Of a stretch of 64,000 nt of DNA, positions 1-11,271 are shown piece after piece (within the stretch, counting starts at the first letter, position 1; each line of letters opens with the position of its first letter). Made by a program: the position numbers and the translations under genes. This DNA is from Candidatus Kapaibacterium sp. (GTDB lineage: Bacteria > Bacteroidota > Ignavibacteria > Kapaibacteriales > UBA2268). A model generated the notes under the pieces. It saw only the letters and a list, made by a program, of their open reading frames with translations. It searched no databases and was not told the DNA's origin. The stretch covers positions 1,312,001 to 1,376,000 of the forward strand of contig OY761611.1 in the NCBI GenBank assembly GCA_963664875.1, written 5' to 3'.

Positions 1-970
1 AAACAGCGAGAGATACTTCTGTGGGAACAATTTTTCCTGTAAAAGTCTTATGCTCCCAAAGGAACCTGGAAGCACCGTGCTGAGCAGCTCCCTCAACCAT
101 TCGAAGCATTTTCATGTAAGAAGAATCACCATCACTTTGGAACTCAGGCGATAACTCAGAAGGCTTTCTTCCGATGATTTGGCTTTTATCTATGGTATCA
201 AAAAGTTTAAGAGCAGCATAGTTGCAATCTTTGATGTTGTAGCCATCTAAGAGTAACATAGGGTCTATCGAATTTTCGAAAAGGGAGCGGAACTTCAGCT
301 CACTATTTCTTACATCGCGCTCAGCTGTAATCCTTTTGGTAATGTCCACAATTGCTACAATACATGAGACGACTTCGTGTTTTGCATTGAAGATGGGATA
401 CCATTCGTAAACACCCTGAAAAGAAGTGCCATCTTTCTTTTTGAATTCGGTTTCGCCGCTATAATTTTCACCGAGGGATTTAATTTCTTTGATTATTGTA
501 GTTATCCTTTCGAAGAACTCAATATCTACAATTTTTCTGAGAGAGTAACCTGTAACAATATCGGACTGGTAACCGAAGAGGTTTTCTGCCCCTTTGCTGA
601 AATGCAAGATACTAAAGTCTTTTGTTTCAGTTTCCAAATGTAAAAACGCAAGATTTTCTATTACCTCGCTTATTTGATGAGCATCATCATTCGTAAGTTC
701 AGGGTCTTTGTCGGAGTAAATATTTTTGACATCAAACGAGTTTGTGCATGTAACAATCAGTGATTGAGTATCAATATCCACGGATGTTCTGTTTATCTGG
801 AAAAGCCCTGAAACAGTGCTGCTAAATCGTTTGTACTCTTTATTTGATATTTCAATTGTATTATCTCTGCTTTTTACAGAAATCCCAATCGGTAGATTAT
901 CAACTATTTCTTTATATAGCTTTAGCTCATTTTCCAAGTCAATCAAATTCGATTTACTAACCGACATCAT
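1..970 (-). CDS. PAS-domain sensor protein, N-terminal part (runs off the left edge)
   Basis: Absent from the ORF track because it is open-ended. Manual translation from ATG 970 (GGAG upstream) gives MMSVSKSNLIDLENELKLYKEIVDNLPIGI... and later KFRSLFENSIDPMLLLDGYNIKDCNYAALKLF...IIGRKPSELSPEFQ, typical PAS repeats. Confidence 0.8.
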   Translation of the reverse strand, partial: MMSVSKSNLIDLENELKLYKEIVDNLPIGISVKSRDNTIEISNKEYKRFSSTVSGLFQINRTSVDIDTQSLIVTCTNSFDVKNIYSDKDPELTNDDAHQISEVIENLAFLHLETETKDFSILHFSKGAENLFGYQSDIVTGYSLRKIVDIEFFERITTIIKEIKSLGENYSGETEFKKKDGTSFQGVYEWYPIFNAKHEVVSCIVAIVDITKRITAERDVRNSELKFRSLFENSIDPMLLLDGYNIKDCNYAALKLFDTIDKSQIIGRKPSELSPEFQSDGDSSYMKMLRMVEGAAQHGASRFLWEHKTFTGKIVPTEVSLAV

Positions 971-1029
971 AAATCTCCGAATATTATTAGTCTTTATGCA
1001 AATTTAAATCTTTGCTCGTAAAATGCAAC

Positions 1030-1068
1030 AAAAAAAGCGTTGCAAAGTAATTCGCAACGCTTTTTTTT
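1030..1068. terminator. Intrinsic terminator after the MCP gene (bidirectional form)
   Basis: A7-GCGTTGC-loop-GCAACGC-T8. Confidence 0.85.
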
Positions 1069-1075
1069 GGATTTA

Positions 1076-4000
1076 TCAATTGCCATTCAGCAATTTTCTG
1101 CCATGTTCTTCATCGTCTCTATGATCCATGTGGTCATGTGTTATTTCATATTCAAAGTCATGAGAAGACACATTCCTGTGGATTTTGAATCTATTGATAG
1201 CAGAGATTAGTTTCTCTGTTTGTTTGCTCATTTTTTCAGAATAAATAGCAATTTCAGTTATCTGCTTAGCAGTAGAACCTGCCACAGTTGAAATAGATGC
1301 AATATTCTGAGCAATTTGTTCTGTAGTCGAAGATTGTTCTTCTGACGCAGCTGCAATTTGATTGATCATGGACATAACATCTTCCGAGCTTGAAACTATT
1401 GATTTCAATGCTTCACCGGCTTTATCAGCAAGTGCAATTCCACTATTTACTTCAGAGTTGCCCTGAACCATGATAGTAACAGCATTTCCTGTTTCATCCT
1501 GAATGCTTTGAATCATGTTGGCAATTTGTTTTGTTGCATCTGTGGTGCGTTCTGCAAGTTTTCTAACCTCATCAGCAACAACTGCAAATCCCCTACCCTG
1601 ATCTCCGGCTCTTGCAGCTTCTATAGCAGCATTTAGAGCAAGCAAGTTAGTCTGGTCTGCAATTTCATTGATTACAGAAATAATCTTTCCGATTTCTTTG
1701 CTAGATTCGCCAAGTTTTTTGATGTTATTCGCAGACTGAGTTACAACATCAGCAATGTCTTTCATTTTTTTAACGGTTTCAGACACTACAGTGCCGCCAT
1801 TTAGAGCTTCCTGACCGTATTTTTCAGCTATCTGTGCCGCTCTGTTAGATGCTTTGGCATTTTCTGCAACAGTTCTTGTCATTTCTTCGACAGCACCTGC
1901 TACTTCTTCAGTCTGCATACTTTGCTCTTGTGCACTTGAAGCAATATTAGCAGATTCACCATTTATTTGGTCAGAAGATGATGCCACTGCTTCTACTACA
2001 GAATGAACATCTTGAATAACGTTTTCTAAAGAATTTGCCAAGCTATTGATATTTTTAGCAAAGTCGTCAAACTCTCCGTTAAATCTCTTGTTGATTCTTG
2101 CTGTTAAATCACCGGAAGCAAGAATTGAAATGCAGTTTGCATATTCATTTAGCGGATTGATTATTGCGTCTAAGGTATTATTAACACCACCTACAACCAC
2201 CTGCCATGAGCCTTGGTAACGAGAAACATCTACTCTTTTATCTAATTCGCCCTGAACTGCAAAGTTTGTTTGTTGATGCACATCAGAAATCATTTTGTTG
2301 AGTATATCAGTCAAAATGTTGATGTTTTGAATCATACCAAAGTATTCGCCTTTAAAGTCACCATGTATAGTATCAAGTCTTTCGCCTCGACTTACATTGG
2401 CAATAAAATCTTTTGCTAAATTGAATGGCTCGACTATAGCATCCAGTGATTTATTGAAACCACCAAATATATTTATCCATTCGCCTTGCAAGCCTGTTGC
2501 ATCAGCTCGAACGTCCAATTTTCCATTTACAGTTGCTTCAGACTGCTCAGCCATTGTGATAACAAGTTTATAAAGTATTGTTCTAAGAGTATTGATATTG
2601 ATTTTTAATGTATTGTAAATACCTTTGTACTCTTTTGTTACCTCGTGCAATTCTTCACCGCGACTTGCTTTTGCTATGAAATCAATTGCAACTTCAAATG
2701 GTTCTGCCATGTTGTCTATCGCGAGATTCATTCCGTCGATAATAATTTTATAGTCTCCGTCTAACTTGTCAGAAGCAGCCCTATAGTCCAATTCTCCATT
2801 TTTGATAGATTCTGCAAGTGTATTTACTTCACTAATCAAAGTCATAAGATTGGCACGAACACCATTTATTGCATGAGTCAACGCAACCTGATCTCCCGGC
2901 AAATTCCTCATTTCTTTATTCAGATTGCCTTTGGCATAATCAAGCAATATCTCAACACCTTCAAAAATAGGATTAGAAACAGAATCCAATGTTTCATTGA
3001 TACCACTCATAAGATCAAGATAAATGCCGCTCATACCATTCACATCGCATCTTGCATTTACAAAACCCGAGTTTTGCTGCTTGATTGTTTCAAAAAGCGA
3101 ACTTTGCATAGCGTTCAAGGTATCTATACACATATTCAAATTGTTTTTGATTTCGTTGAAATCACCTTTCATGTCTTCTTCTATCTTTGGTGGTATATCG
3201 CCTTTGGATATTCTGTCGATATACTCTGCTGATAGATTTAAAGGACCTATCACTGCATCGAGCGATTTATTGAAGTTGCCGAATATGTTTAGCCATTCAC
3301 CTTCCAAGCCTTTCAAATCGGCTCTAACGTCAAGGCGACCATTAAGTGTTGCGTCGGATTGTTCCATCATAGTGAAGACAAGTTTATAAAGAACTTCTCT
3401 TAGACGGTTTATTCTGTTTTTCAGATTGCCGTATATGCCTTTATAATCTTTTGTTACCTCGTGCAACTCTTCGCCGCGACTTGCTTTTGTTATAAAATCT
3501 ATTGCTAATTCGAATGGTTCTACTACATTATCGAGTGTTTTATTCATGCCTGCTATTATTTTGCGGTAGTCACCATTGTGCATTGATTCGTCTGCACGCA
3601 ATTCGAGGTTGCCTTCTTCTGCTGCATGGTTTAAGGTATTTGCATCTGTGATTAGTTTATTGATGGAATCTATACACATATTCAAATTGTTTTTGATTTC
3701 GTTGAAATCGCCTTTCATGTCTTCTTCTATCTTCGGTGGTATATCGCCTTTGGATATTCTGTCGATATACTCTGCTGATAGATTTAAAGGACCTATCACT
3801 GCATCGAGTGATTTATTGAAGTTGCCGAATATGTTTAGCCATTCACCTTCCAAGCCTTTCAAATCAGCTCTAACGTCAAGGCGACCATTAAGTGTGGCGT
3901 CTGATTGTTCCATCATAGTGAAGACAAGTTTATAAAGAACTTCTCTTAGACGGTTTATTCTGTTTTTCAAATTGCCGTATATGCCTTTATAGTCTTTTGT

Positions 4001-5800
4001 TACCTCGAGTAATTCTTCGCCGCGGCTTGCTTTAGTAATAAAATCTATTGCTAATTCGAATGGTTCTACTACATTATCGAGAGTTTTATTCATACCTGCT
4101 ATTATTTTGCGGTAGTCACCATTGTGCATTGATTCGTCTGCACGTAATTCTAAGTTGCCTTCTTCTGCTGCATGGTTTAAGGTATTTGCATCTGTGATTA
4201 GTTTATTGATGGAATCTATACACATATTCAAATTGTTTTTGATTTCGTTGAAATCGCCTTTCATGTCTTCTTCTATCTTCGGTGGTATATCGCCTTTGGA
4301 TATTCTGTCGATATACTCTGCTGATAGATTTAATGGACCTATCACTGCATCGAGTGATTTATTGAAGTTGCCGAATATGTTCAGCCATTCACCTTCCAAG
4401 CCTTTCAAATCGGCTCTAACGTCAAGGCGACCATTAAGTGTGGCGTCGGATTGTTCCATCATAGTGAAGACAAGCTTATAAAGAACTTCTCTTAGACGGT
4501 TTATTCTGTTTTTCAGATTGCCGTATATACCTTTATAATCTTTTGTTACCTCGTGCAACTCTTCGCCGCGACTTGCCTTTGTTATAAAATCTATTGCTAA
4601 TTCGAATGGTTCTACTACATTATCGAGAGTTTTATTCATACCTGCTATTATTTTGCGGTAGTCACCATTGTGCATTGATTCGTCTGCACGCAATTCGAGG
4701 TTGCCTTCTTCTGCTGCATGGTTTAAGGTATTTGCATCTGTGATTAGAGCTGTTATTGCATCTATACATGTGTTGAGATTATTGATAATTTCAGCGAAAT
4801 CACCTCGGAACTCATCAGTAACTTTTGGTGGCAAATCACCTTTGCTAATGCGGTCAATATATTCTGCGGCAAGATTGAGAGGTCTCATGTATAAATCGAC
4901 ACTCTGATTTACGCCATCAATTATTTCAGCATAAGCCCCCTGCAACTTCTCTGAGCTTGCACGATAATCTAGTTTACCCATTTTAGAAGCTTGTACAATT
5001 GCCTGTACCTGCTGATTCATTTCTTCGAGAGTTGAAGATACTTTGACAAAAGCTCTTTGCACGTCAGCAAGTTCATCATTGCCTTTGATTTCTTTTTCGA
5101 TATTTAACTTACCTGAAGTAATGTCCTCTGCCATTGATTTGAGTTTCTTGAGAGGATTTACTACTGAAACTCGTCCGATAACGACAAGTGCAATGTTTAG
5201 CAGCACTATACTGCCGATAACAAAGATGAATAGCAAAGTGTGTAACTCTGCACGTTTAGTATTGTAAGTATCTAAATCATAGTCCGCAATTATAAACCAG
5301 TTCAAATCTTTATCGAAATGAGCCAATGCCATTTTTTCTTTCAGCGTATCGCCGATTGCAATCGAATAGCGGGCATAATCTTTATTGTCACTTTTCAGTT
5401 CATTAGCTATTTTGAGTAGTATGGCTGTACCTTCAGAATCTTTGTATTCTTCTACAGGTTTTCCGGAATATTCATTATTAGGTGAAGAAATAATCTTATT
5501 ATCTTTTATCACAAATATTCCATTTTTAGAATGGTATGATATTTCTGAGAGATAAATCAGTAGAGCATTTTGCTCATTTATTGCATCCTCTTCACTAACA
5601 AACTCTTTTGATTTTGTTTTTTCAATAATTGATATAGGTATTTCACTTATATCATGCAAAGATTCCTTTACGTCTTCAAGCAAGACGTTTTCTACGGTCG
5701 GCATCAAATAGTAATCAAGAGCAAAATACATTGCAATGGTTACTAAAATAAAAGGAAGGCTAATTTTTAGCGAAATCCCTGTTTTTTTAAACAGTCCCAT
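1076..5800 (-). CDS. Methyl-accepting chemotaxis protein with Cache-like sensor and long poly-HAMP array
   Basis: Two TM helices flank a periplasmic domain, followed by many HAMP-like repeats and the MCP signalling motif [38 protein letters not shown]. Confidence 0.95.
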   Translation of the reverse strand: MGLFKKTGISLKISLPFILVTIAMYFALDYYLMPTVENVLLEDVKESLHDISEIPISIIEKTKSKEFVSEEDAINEQNALLIYLSEISYHSKNGIFVIKDNKIISSPNNEYSGKPVEEYKDSEGTAILLKIANELKSDNKDYARYSIAIGDTLKEKMALAHFDKDLNWFIIADYDLDTYNTKRAELHTLLFIFVIGSIVLLNIALVVIGRVSVVNPLKKLKSMAEDITSGKLNIEKEIKGNDELADVQRAFVKVSSTLEEMNQQVQAIVQASKMGKLDYRASSEKLQGAYAEIIDGVNQSVDLYMRPLNLAAEYIDRISKGDLPPKVTDEFRGDFAEIINNLNTCIDAITALITDANTLNHAAEEGNLELRADESMHNGDYRKIIAGMNKTLDNVVEPFELAIDFITKASRGEELHEVTKDYKGIYGNLKNRINRLREVLYKLVFTMMEQSDATLNGRLDVRADLKGLEGEWLNIFGNFNKSLDAVIGPLNLSAEYIDRISKGDIPPKIEEDMKGDFNEIKNNLNMCIDSINKLITDANTLNHAAEEGNLELRADESMHNGDYRKIIAGMNKTLDNVVEPFELAIDFITKASRGEELLEVTKDYKGIYGNLKNRINRLREVLYKLVFTMMEQSDATLNGRLDVRADLKGLEGEWLNIFGNFNKSLDAVIGPLNLSAEYIDRISKGDIPPKIEEDMKGDFNEIKNNLNMCIDSINKLITDANTLNHAAEEGNLELRADESMHNGDYRKIIAGMNKTLDNVVEPFELAIDFITKASRGEELHEVTKDYKGIYGNLKNRINRLREVLYKLVFTMMEQSDATLNGRLDVRADLKGLEGEWLNIFGNFNKSLDAVIGPLNLSAEYIDRISKGDIPPKIEEDMKGDFNEIKNNLNMCIDTLNAMQSSLFETIKQQNSGFVNARCDVNGMSGIYLDLMSGINETLDSVSNPIFEGVEILLDYAKGNLNKEMRNLPGDQVALTHAINGVRANLMTLISEVNTLAESIKNGELDYRAASDKLDGDYKIIIDGMNLAIDNMAEPFEVAIDFIAKASRGEELHEVTKEYKGIYNTLKININTLRTILYKLVITMAEQSEATVNGKLDVRADATGLQGEWINIFGGFNKSLDAIVEPFNLAKDFIANVSRGERLDTIHGDFKGEYFGMIQNINILTDILNKMISDVHQQTNFAVQGELDKRVDVSRYQGSWQVVVGGVNNTLDAIINPLNEYANCISILASGDLTARINKRFNGEFDDFAKNINSLANSLENVIQDVHSVVEAVASSSDQINGESANIASSAQEQSMQTEEVAGAVEEMTRTVAENAKASNRAAQIAEKYGQEALNGGTVVSETVKKMKDIADVVTQSANNIKKLGESSKEIGKIISVINEIADQTNLLALNAAIEAARAGDQGRGFAVVADEVRKLAERTTDATKQIANMIQSIQDETGNAVTIMVQGNSEVNSGIALADKAGEALKSIVSSSEDVMSMINQIAAASEEQSSTTEQIAQNIASISTVAGSTAKQITEIAIYSEKMSKQTEKLISAINRFKIHRNVSSHDFEYEITHDHMDHRDDEEHGRKLLNGN
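3123..4747. repeat. About three tandem 546-bp (182-aa) intragenic repeats
   Basis: TCTATACACATATTCAAATTG recurs at 3123, 3669 and 4215; the protein units are almost identical. Confidence 0.95.
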
Positions 5801-5967
5801 ACATATTACCTTAAAAATAGGAACAAATTATAGTTCAGATGACACAATACTACAACACAAAAGCGTTATAGAATTAATGCCTTATTGCAAACGAAAAAAT
5901 AATATAAAGGATTCGCTTTTAAAATTATTTTGATTACATGCTTGAGTAAAGCTAAAACTTTTGGAAT

Positions 5968-7080
5968 TTAGAATCTCTGATTTTTCCAGATTACATTTCG
6001 TTTTAATAGAGTAACAGGTATGAGGAGTTCGATAAGCATCACAAAAAGCAATGAGATGAGTATATAAGGCTTTAAATTGCTTTTCTTTTGAGAGTTTACA
6101 GATAAGTTTGTAACTATATAATCGCCATATAAGCGAGTAAACAGCACGGAGAAAATCCACATTAAGTTACCCGAATACAGAGAAATAAGGAGAGAAACCC
6201 ATATAGACAAAGATGTGAAAACAAAAATTGAAGCTTTTATTCCAAGAGCTTTGCCCCCTACAGCCCAACGGTGTTTTTGTTGCATATATTCCTTGAAAGT
6301 GTTGCAGCCATAAGTAGTTACTGAGGAATTTACAGAATTGAGATATACAATCTTACCGCCTGCTCTGTCAACAGCCTGCATCAAAGCGAGGTCTTCGGTT
6401 ACTGAGAAGTCAATATTTCTATAACCACCTAACTCTTTGAAAACAGAGCTCTTAATACTAAAATTATTACCGTATGCACCCAGTACTTTCTTATGACCTA
6501 CGCCTGCACTTGCCATAGTGTGCATATAAATCCATTCTACAGCCTGAATTTTATCAAAAAGCCTGTTACTTTCCACATGAGTGAATGCAGGTATTAAATC
6601 TACGCAATAAATGTCAAACGCATTCACAATTGTACGTATCCAATCTTTATGAACTTTACAATCAGCATCTGTAAGAAGCAGATATTCGCCTTTGGCTATA
6701 TCAGCAGCCTGCTGTATAGCTCCGGGCTTACCTTTGAGGTTAGCTTCTACATCTGTTTCAAGCCGGTGTAATATTTTTAGATTTGGGATTTCTAATGCGA
6801 GTCTATCCATAATAGCTCCTGTGCTATCCACAGAGCGATCATTCACCGCTATAATTTCGTATTTATCATTAGGATAGTTGCAATCTGCAGCAGCACGCAA
6901 AGCACGTTCTATGTTCTTTTCTTCGTCCTTGGCAGGTATAATAATAGAAACAAACGGAAGCTTATCTTCAGGTAAACTCAAATCGAGAGCAGAAAGATTT
7001 CTTTGGTTCAATGCTCCCGAATAGAAAACATAGACCCTAAAAAGATAAACAATTATTCCAAAAACTACTATATATATCAT
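5968..7080 (-). CDS. GT2 family membrane glycosyltransferase
   Basis: VSIIIPAKDEE, NDRSVD, TDAD (DxD), TEDL and QKHRW (QxxRW) motifs; C-terminal TM helices. Confidence 0.9.
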   Translation of the reverse strand: MIYIVVFGIIVYLFRVYVFYSGALNQRNLSALDLSLPEDKLPFVSIIIPAKDEEKNIERALRAAADCNYPNDKYEIIAVNDRSVDSTGAIMDRLALEIPNLKILHRLETDVEANLKGKPGAIQQAADIAKGEYLLLTDADCKVHKDWIRTIVNAFDIYCVDLIPAFTHVESNRLFDKIQAVEWIYMHTMASAGVGHKKVLGAYGNNFSIKSSVFKELGGYRNIDFSVTEDLALMQAVDRAGGKIVYLNSVNSSVTTYGCNTFKEYMQQKHRWAVGGKALGIKASIFVFTSLSIWVSLLISLYSGNLMWIFSVLFTRLYGDYIVTNLSVNSQKKSNLKPYILISLLFVMLIELLIPVTLLKRNVIWKNQRF

Positions 7081-7645
7081 AGATACTCTCTTTATTGCTC
7101 ACTTAGTCAAGTCTGCTAATATAATGCCAAATCTTGAATTTTAAATGCAGGAAATGTTGATTTTTCAGGAAGTACAAAAAAAAAGCGAACCACTTTAAAA
7201 AAAAAATGATTCGCTTAGTAGAGATTTGTCATATTGGGTTTATACTATTTTCTTAAAGACGAACCATCCACCAAATACTACAAAACCACCTGCGAGTATG
7301 ATTAATCCCCATTCAGGAAGTGTAGGTACTACACCAAAATGCACCTGTTCCGAATAAGCTGTCACTGTGCTATTAGTAGCATAAGCACGAACATAATAGC
7401 CCGGACCAATCTGCAAGTTAGTTGCATTTAGGGTATATTCGTCATTGCCACCGGCTGGTGCTGTTGCGATGCCGTCATAATCTGTGATAGTTGGATTTGG
7501 AGTAGTGCTCCAAACTATTCCTTTTGCTGTTATTGCTGTGCCGCCGTTATCATCCGGATTTGCAGTAAAGCTATATTCTGTGTCTGATATCTTGGTAGTT
7601 GTCGTGATCGAAACAGTTGAAGAGCAGAGAGGACAGAGAGAACCG
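6901..7645. repeat. Direct repeat copy A (GT 5' end, intergenic region, FG-GAP gene 3' end)
   Basis: Near-identical to 9204-9940, offset 2303 bp. Confidence 0.9.
7176..7216 (-). terminator. Terminator of FG-GAP gene A (duplicated near 9478-9519)
   Basis: GCGAACCA...TGATTCGC hairpin followed by a U-tract on the minus strand. Confidence 0.6.
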
Positions 7646-8922
7646 AATAAGCCAGAAAAGTTTGTTACGGGAGTAAAGTAAGAAAAAACATGCAAATCTT
7701 TTATGCCATCGCCGTCAAAGTCAGCAAAATCAACTGATCCATATTGTGGATTCATTGATTTTCCTGGAATAGGTTGACCATTAATTTGATTTGTTGGACC
7801 TGAATCTACAGCTTTGACAGTAAAATTATTGCTCCCATCGTTAACAGCTTGGAAAAATTTAGCAAAATCCCAAAATAGTATATCATCGTCACCGTCAGCG
7901 TCAAAATCACCTACTCGGGTACCACTATATGCCCCCTGAACTCCTTGTCCTGCACTAATACTTACATTATTAGTGCTAAAGCTCCCTGACCCATTGTTGA
8001 AAAATTCAAATACACCTGTATTGTCTATTAATAATAAATCGGTATCTCCATCTGTATCTAAGTTTATTGCAAGTAAGACTGGTGCAGCCGTAACTGTAAA
8101 ATTCAGATCAGCATTATCAATTAAAATACTAAGTTGACTAAATGTACCTGAGCCATTATTAGTAAAAACTTGCAATGCCGCTTCAATATTTCCACCTGAA
8201 TCTGAATAAACAGAAACAAAGTCTAAATCATTATCACCGTCAATATCAAAAAGCTGAATAGAACCATAAGATAAATCTATAAATCCACCATCAACAGGAG
8301 CAGCATCATCTCCCAATAGTTCGACCTGAGTGATTGTGAAATTAGCACTACCATCATTTTCATATTTTTTTATATTATCAGCAGTCTCACTGTCAATTAT
8401 AAGAAAATCAATATCGCCATCCGTGTCAAGATCTCCCGCGGCGAATGCCTGCATTGCAACAGAAGCCCATTGGTATTTCCTAGTAAAGGAAGTGCCGTTC
8501 CCATCATTTATATACAGTTCCGTTTTGCTTGAAGGTGCAGAATAGTATTTCAATATCAAATCAGGCTTGCCGTCACTGTTGAAATCTTCAGAATATAATT
8601 TACTAATTCTAAAATTTCCAATCGTGCTAACGTTAGTAATTGAATTCTCTGTAAAAGATCCTGACCCATCGTTTATGTAAATGCGCGCTGTATAATCACC
8701 GACAGCTTCTCTTTGCCCCGTAACAAGAATATCAATGTCTCCATCACCATCAAAATCTTTCGCTACAGAAGCAGCATATTTCCACTGTGAAGTACCTATA
8801 TCATAAGGATTATTCCAGACAATTGCCTTTGCATTTCCAAAGCAAATAAATATCAAAGAAAGATAAAGCACTTGCTTCTTTAGAAAGCTATCAATGTAGT
8901 TGTATTTTGTAAACATTTTCAA
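7240..8922 (-). CDS. FG-GAP/VCBS repeat surface protein with IPTL-CTERM-like anchor (paralog A)
   Basis: Signal peptide, repeated DFDGDGDxD loops, an FN3-like YYVRAYATNS segment and C-terminal VPTLPEWGLIIL-TM-KK. Confidence 0.85.
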   Translation of the reverse strand: MKMFTKYNYIDSFLKKQVLYLSLIFICFGNAKAIVWNNPYDIGTSQWKYAASVAKDFDGDGDIDILVTGQREAVGDYTARIYINDGSGSFTENSITNVSTIGNFRISKLYSEDFNSDGKPDLILKYYSAPSSKTELYINDGNGTSFTRKYQWASVAMQAFAAGDLDTDGDIDFLIIDSETADNIKKYENDGSANFTITQVELLGDDAAPVDGGFIDLSYGSIQLFDIDGDNDLDFVSVYSDSGGNIEAALQVFTNNGSGTFSQLSILIDNADLNFTVTAAPVLLAINLDTDGDTDLLLIDNTGVFEFFNNGSGSFSTNNVSISAGQGVQGAYSGTRVGDFDADGDDDILFWDFAKFFQAVNDGSNNFTVKAVDSGPTNQINGQPIPGKSMNPQYGSVDFADFDGDGIKDLHVFSYFTPVTNFSGLFGSLCPLCSSTVSITTTTKISDTEYSFTANPDDNGGTAITAKGIVWSTTPNPTITDYDGIATAPAGGNDEYTLNATNLQIGPGYYVRAYATNSTVTAYSEQVHFGVVPTLPEWGLIILAGGFVVFGGWFVFKKIV

Positions 8923-9038
8923 TTTCCAAATTTATTATTTGAGTATACATTGGACTACTATATAATCAATAAAACGATTTTTTCAAAGTAAAATTTAGGT
9001 TATTTTGCATTCTATTTTTTAACATTAAAAATACTTTG

Positions 9039-9383
9039 CTATGTGTTAATTTTTACAATTAAATAGTTTCCATCGTGCATATGACTACTAATTCTCCATC
9101 CATGGAAACAGTCAAAAAATAGAGCTTTAAGCTTATCAGAATTTCCAATTTTAAGTCTGTTGTTATAAAAAATCGGATAGTCACACTCTGCTACAGAGCG
9201 AACAGCACGTTCTATGTTCTTTTCTTCGTCCTTGGCAGGTATAATAATAGAAACAAACGGAAGCTTATCTTCAGGTAAACTCAAATCGAGAGCAGAAAGA
9301 TTTCTTTGGTTCAATGCTCCCGAATAGAAAACATAGACCCTAAAAAGATAAACAATTATTCCAAAAACTACTATATATATCAT
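9039..9383 (-). pseudogene. Chimeric remnant: GT2 N-terminus joined to a TetR C-terminal fragment
   Basis: The first ~60 aa are identical to the product of 5968-7080. The tail ALFFDCFHGWRISSHMHDGNY matches TetR ALFFDCFHGWQISYIMSDGNY. Confidence 0.85.
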
Positions 9384-9940
9384 AGATACTCTCTTTATTG
9401 CTCACTTAGTCAAGTCTGCTAATATAATGCCAAATCTTGAATTTTAAATGCAGGAAATGTTGATTTTTCAGGAAGTACAAAAAAAAAGCGAACCACTTTG
9501 AAAAAAAAATGATTCGCTTAGTAGAGATTTGTCAAATTGGGTTTATACTATTTTCTTAAATACAAACCAGCCACCAAATACTACAAAACCACCTGCGAGT
9601 ATGATTAATCCCCATTCAGGAAGTGTAGGTACTACACCAAAATGCACTTGTGCAGAGTAAGCTGTCCCTGTGCTATTAGTAGCATAAGCACGAACATAAT
9701 AGCCCGGACCAATCTGCAAGTTAGTTGCATTTAATGTATATTCGTCATTACCTCCGGCTGGTGCTGATGCTATACCATCATAATCTGTGATAGTAGGGTT
9801 GGGAGAAGTGCTCCAAACTATCCCTTTTGCTGTTATTGCAGTGCAGCCGTTATCATCCGGATCAGCCGTGAAGCTATATTCTGTATCTGATATCTTGGTA
9901 GTTGTCGTGATTGAAACTGTTGCAGGACAGAGAGAACCAT
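9204..9940. repeat. Direct repeat copy B
   Basis: Near-identical to 6901-7645. Confidence 0.9.
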
Positions 9941-11174
9941 ACAATCCTCCATAGTTTCCACCGGCAGTTGACTGATCTGTAAATACATGTAAATCCGGAG
10001 TACCATCACCGTCAAAATCTGCGAAAGTTACATCTCCATAATGAGGCCAAATTGCTTTACCAGCGATAGGTTGACCATTGATTTGTGCATAATTTGCTAC
10101 AGATGAAAATGAATAATTATTAGAACCATCATTTATTGCTTTATAAAAAGAGTTGTAGTGCCAGAATAATACGTCTATATCAGAGTCCCCATCGATGTCG
10201 TCTATTATAGAACTTGCGGAACCAAGACCTGAATACAGAGTGGTGTTTGTAGTGGAAAAGACACCGGTTCCATCGTTTGTAAAAGCGATAGTAAAATTAT
10301 GGCTTGTCAAGAAGAAATCGGTATCTGAATCAAGATCCAAATTTACAGGCATAATAAGTGGCCCGTATTCACACTTAAAGTTTGTATTATTATTATCGAT
10401 TGTAGTACTCTTGTGGGTAAACACTCCTGAACCATTATTTGTAAACACCTGTAGAGCTGCTTCAATATTTCCACCGGAATCTGTATATACAGAAACAAAG
10501 TCTAAATCATTATCTCCATCAATGTCAAAAAGCTTAATAGAACCATAATGTAAACCTATAAATCCACCATCAACCGGAGCGACATCATCAGCCAGTACTT
10601 CTACTTGAGTAGGAGTAAATGTACCCAATCCATTATTTACGTATTTTTTAATATCTTGTCCATTCCAATCGATTAGCACAAAATCAATATCCGAATCCCC
10701 ATCAATATCTCCTAAATCAATCGCAACAGCACCAAAAGCCCATTGATGTTGGCGTGTAAAGGAAGTACCATTACCATCATTCAAAAATACTTCTGTGGAA
10801 CCTGAATAAGATAGAACTAAATCCGGTTTGTTATCACCATTGAAATCAGCAGATACTAATTGGACAATTCTAGAGTTGATTGAACTTACGTTAGTAATTG
10901 TATTCTCTGTAAATGCCCCGGTACCGTCATTGACATAGATTCTTGCGGTATAATCTCCTGCTGCTAATCTCTTACCTGTAACAATGATGTCATTATCACC
11001 ATCATTATCAAAGTCCATTGCAACTGATTTTGCATAATACCATTGAGAAGTACCAATATCATAAGGGGTATTCCAGACATAAGCCTCGACGCTATTATAG
11101 CAGAAGATGACTAGTAACAAATAAAGCGTATGCTTCAAAAACATACGTTCAAAGAATTTGTTTTTTTCTCTCAT
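9543..11174 (-). CDS. FG-GAP/VCBS repeat surface protein with IPTL-CTERM-like anchor (paralog B)
   Basis: Same architecture as paralog A; near-identical C-terminal ~125 aa and a diverged propeller region. Confidence 0.85.
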   Translation of the reverse strand: MREKNKFFERMFLKHTLYLLLVIFCYNSVEAYVWNTPYDIGTSQWYYAKSVAMDFDNDGDNDIIVTGKRLAAGDYTARIYVNDGTGAFTENTITNVSSINSRIVQLVSADFNGDNKPDLVLSYSGSTEVFLNDGNGTSFTRQHQWAFGAVAIDLGDIDGDSDIDFVLIDWNGQDIKKYVNNGLGTFTPTQVEVLADDVAPVDGGFIGLHYGSIKLFDIDGDNDLDFVSVYTDSGGNIEAALQVFTNNGSGVFTHKSTTIDNNNTNFKCEYGPLIMPVNLDLDSDTDFFLTSHNFTIAFTNDGTGVFSTTNTTLYSGLGSASSIIDDIDGDSDIDVLFWHYNSFYKAINDGSNNYSFSSVANYAQINGQPIAGKAIWPHYGDVTFADFDGDGTPDLHVFTDQSTAGGNYGGLYGSLCPATVSITTTTKISDTEYSFTADPDDNGCTAITAKGIVWSTSPNPTITDYDGIASAPAGGNDEYTLNATNLQIGPGYYVRAYATNSTGTAYSAQVHFGVVPTLPEWGLIILAGGFVVFGGWFVFKKIV

Positions 11175-11199
11175 GACAAATCTCCAAAATTTATAATTC

Positions 11200-11215
11200 G
11201 ACCGAACGTTTGGTC
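11200..11215. promoter_or_regulatory. Candidate TetR operator
   Basis: Imperfect palindrome GACCGAACGTTTGGTC between tetR and the paralog B start codon. Confidence 0.5.
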
Positions 11216-11271
11216 ACTATATAATCAATAAAACGATTTTTTCAAAGTAAATATTGGATTAAAGTCAAATT

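Noticed and set aside
2873-5267. Repeated 119-aa plus-strand ORFs inside the MCP gene
   Set aside because: Antisense shadows of the 546-bp coding repeat. Other short antisense ORFs in the track were dismissed for the same reason.
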